Source: Oikopleura dioica (Eukaryota > Animalia > Chordata). From it: 64,000 nucleotides of DNA. A model generated the notes under the pieces. The model was not told where the DNA came from, ran no database searches, and worked only from the letters and a program-made list of their open reading frames with translations. The position numbers were made by a program, and so were the translations under genes. Positions 61,893 to 64,000 of this stretch are shown here, piece by piece (position 1 is the stretch's first letter; each line of letters opens with the position of its first letter). Location: assembly GCA_907165135.1 (NCBI GenBank), contig OU015566.1, positions 8,060,001-8,124,000 of the forward strand, read 5' to 3'.

Positions 61893-63237
61893 ATGTCGTA
61901 CACGCCTGATTTCCACCCTGAGCCACCAAGACCAACTGGCATTTTTCAATGGGTAAATTACTAGAAAGAAGCATTTTCATAACCAATTCTGTAGTTCTAT
62001 GTCTACATTAACTCCCTGCTAGAATTCTTCATCGGCTATTACTACCCTGGACAAATACAGGACTTGGCTACAGACAGTCCTCCCTCTGAATAAATTATAC
62101 TAGAGAAAAAGGCTGAAAAAGCGAATAGCCCAGCCTAAGCGACTTCTTGAAAAATCAACAAATCGCGCGCTAGAATTAGAAGAATCCCTCCTTTGGCGAC
62201 CAAAGCAGATCGATTGCGAGAAACTGTCGGAGAAAGAAATTCTCAAAGAACTGAAGGGAGAGGTGCGACAAGAGGACGGGCCGTGGTTGTTGAAGATGAT
62301 CTGTAGCATCAAGAAATTCCAGCGGCTGAGGCATGAAATTGAAATGAAACGCGCAACGAGGGTGACTAGGGAGCTACACCGTGACCATTTAGAGCATCTC
62401 TACGAATTGATAAAGGAGGAGAAGATCAATGTTGGACTTGATAAGGAGGTTAGTTATTTGATATATCGTTTTGATACAATAAAATTGGATTGTTGGTAAG
62501 CGGTATTTTATTAACAGAGGATATAATTATGCAGATGACAGGATGTTTCAGATTCTAAGCATAAAGGGTGAAGACATTTCATACTGAAATGATAATTTTG
62601 ATGCATTTTGGCGATTCATTCCTATTTATCTGAAAATCGCACTCTATTGCCGATATAAAAATATCATAAATGATCTTTATCTCGCTACTCGCAATCTAAC
62701 CACCAATCTAACCAACTGTTTCAGGAGGATAAACTCGAAGATTCAAAAGAAAAGCCCGACTGGGTCTCGATTGGCTTCCAAGGATCCGATCCGATCACAG
62801 ATTTCCGCGGCGGTGGATTGCTCTCCCTCTCACAGCTCATTTACTTCTGCGAGAATTACCAAGAGAAAGCGAAAAATTTGAATCTTCGTGCGTCTCATCC
62901 GACGAAAGGATATGGCCTGGCAATTACTGGAATAAATCTGACTGTATTGCTCACGAAGGCTCTTCAAGCAGGCGCCTTGAAAAAGGTAGGTTCAAGTTCT
63001 TTGAAATTCCATATTCAATTTCTCTTTCAGTATTTCTACAACACTACAATCTGCGAAGAACAGTTCAACATCGTCTTTTCCGAATGCATTCTTTACTTCG
63101 ATTTTCTCTGGAAACGCGAGGATCCCGAAGACATCATGCAATTTTCATTTATTTTCGACATTTTCCGCGCTGATTTTGAAAAAGCCGTCAAAAACGGAGA
63201 CATTCCTTCTATTCCTTCTTCAACATCGCCCAGTTAA
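61893..63237 (+). CDS. ELMOD: ELMO-domain protein (ELMOD1/2-like, Arf-family GAP). Exons 61893-61952, 61995-62060, 62104-62447, 62725-62985, 63031-63237 (last boundaries approximate)
   Basis: WVSIGFQGSDPITDFRGGGLLSLSQLIYF and YGLAITGINLT are ELMO-domain motifs. Paralog not resolved. Confidence 0.88.
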
Positions 63238-63309
63238 CTTAGCTTATCTTCTGTAATTTGCATGTCACTCTAGCCCACTGTAATGAATCTCTAAGGAAAT
63301 CTATTTCAG

Positions 63310-64000
63310 ATGGAATATGATACGAGGAAAGGGACAATTTATCGAAATAGAAGTCGGTTGAGGCAGGAACTCAACGAAAGAGCCCAAAATGTTCACTCTC
63401 CAAATAATAGAATCTCCATGTTTGGCCCTAAAGAACACTGTATCCCCCGTAAGTCGCTTTTATAATCATTAATTCTCATCGTCTCTTTAGGTCATCTCGC
63501 CGAAACTGACCAAGAAACTCAATCACAACGAATTTCCAACATGATTTCAAGCCATTTATCCCTCTCAACTCAGAATCTATCAAATGTTGGCCAAGCCGTT
63601 GGTCAGCGAACCAAGCAAGTTTCAAAGGTCGCCGCAAAGAAAACAAAAGAAGCCTCAAAAGTGGTGAAGCACTACGCAAAGGCTGGCTGGAAAGTTGGCA
63701 AGACAGAGGCTCTCCAAGCTGCTTCTGACATAAGAACTGCCGCGACTGAAGTTGGGAACAATGTGAGAGAGCATTTGAGCTCCAGATCATCTTCTAGCGA
63801 TGAAAGCCAAAGAAGATCGAATAGACGATCCATGCCTGTTATGATGGTTAACGCAGTGCCTGTGTCAGAACATCCAGCGTTTTCTGAAGGGCACAAACTC
63901 GCCAATGTCCCAGGCATGCATCCACCATCATACGAACAAGCCCTCAAAGATCCGAAAGAGCCCCCTTCTTATGCTCGTCCACCGCCTTCAGATGCTTCTG
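63310..64000 (+). CDS. Unknown protein with two PPxY motifs (3'-truncated)
   Basis: TTTCAG|ATG at 63310, one GT-AG intron (~63450-63490), then an open frame to the window end containing HPPSYEQ and EPPSYAR. Confidence 0.6.

Overview
Compact, intron-rich eukaryotic (not prokaryotic) DNA. Most introns are 40-60 nt GT-AG, and a connexin gene is present, so I infer an appendicularian tunicate such as Oikopleura. The first 20.7 kb is the 3' part of a giant HERC1-type E3 ligase (+). Its introns carry antisense nested genes: two FABP-like genes, an alkaline ceramidase and several weaker candidates. Downstream genes are a WRKY/GCM1/FLYWCH-like zinc-finger gene, several secreted or extracellular modular genes, two RING genes, a mucin-like GPI protein, a connexin, an EamA-type transporter, SNX13, mitochondrial Hsp70 (with a perfect heat-shock element), ELMOD and a closely linked downstream gene. 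The extracellular genes include one ShK-EGF-dead trypsin-TSP1 protein with five copies of an unnamed CC..CP..W module, and a NIDO-sushi-galaxin-like protein. Two ~700-bp TTAA-flanked non-autonomous DNA transposons are present. Several genes need a 1-nt shift at short homopolymers, most likely consensus errors. Gene models were spliced by eye, and homology calls rest on recalled motifs, not database searches. No rRNA, tRNA or CRISPR array was recognised.
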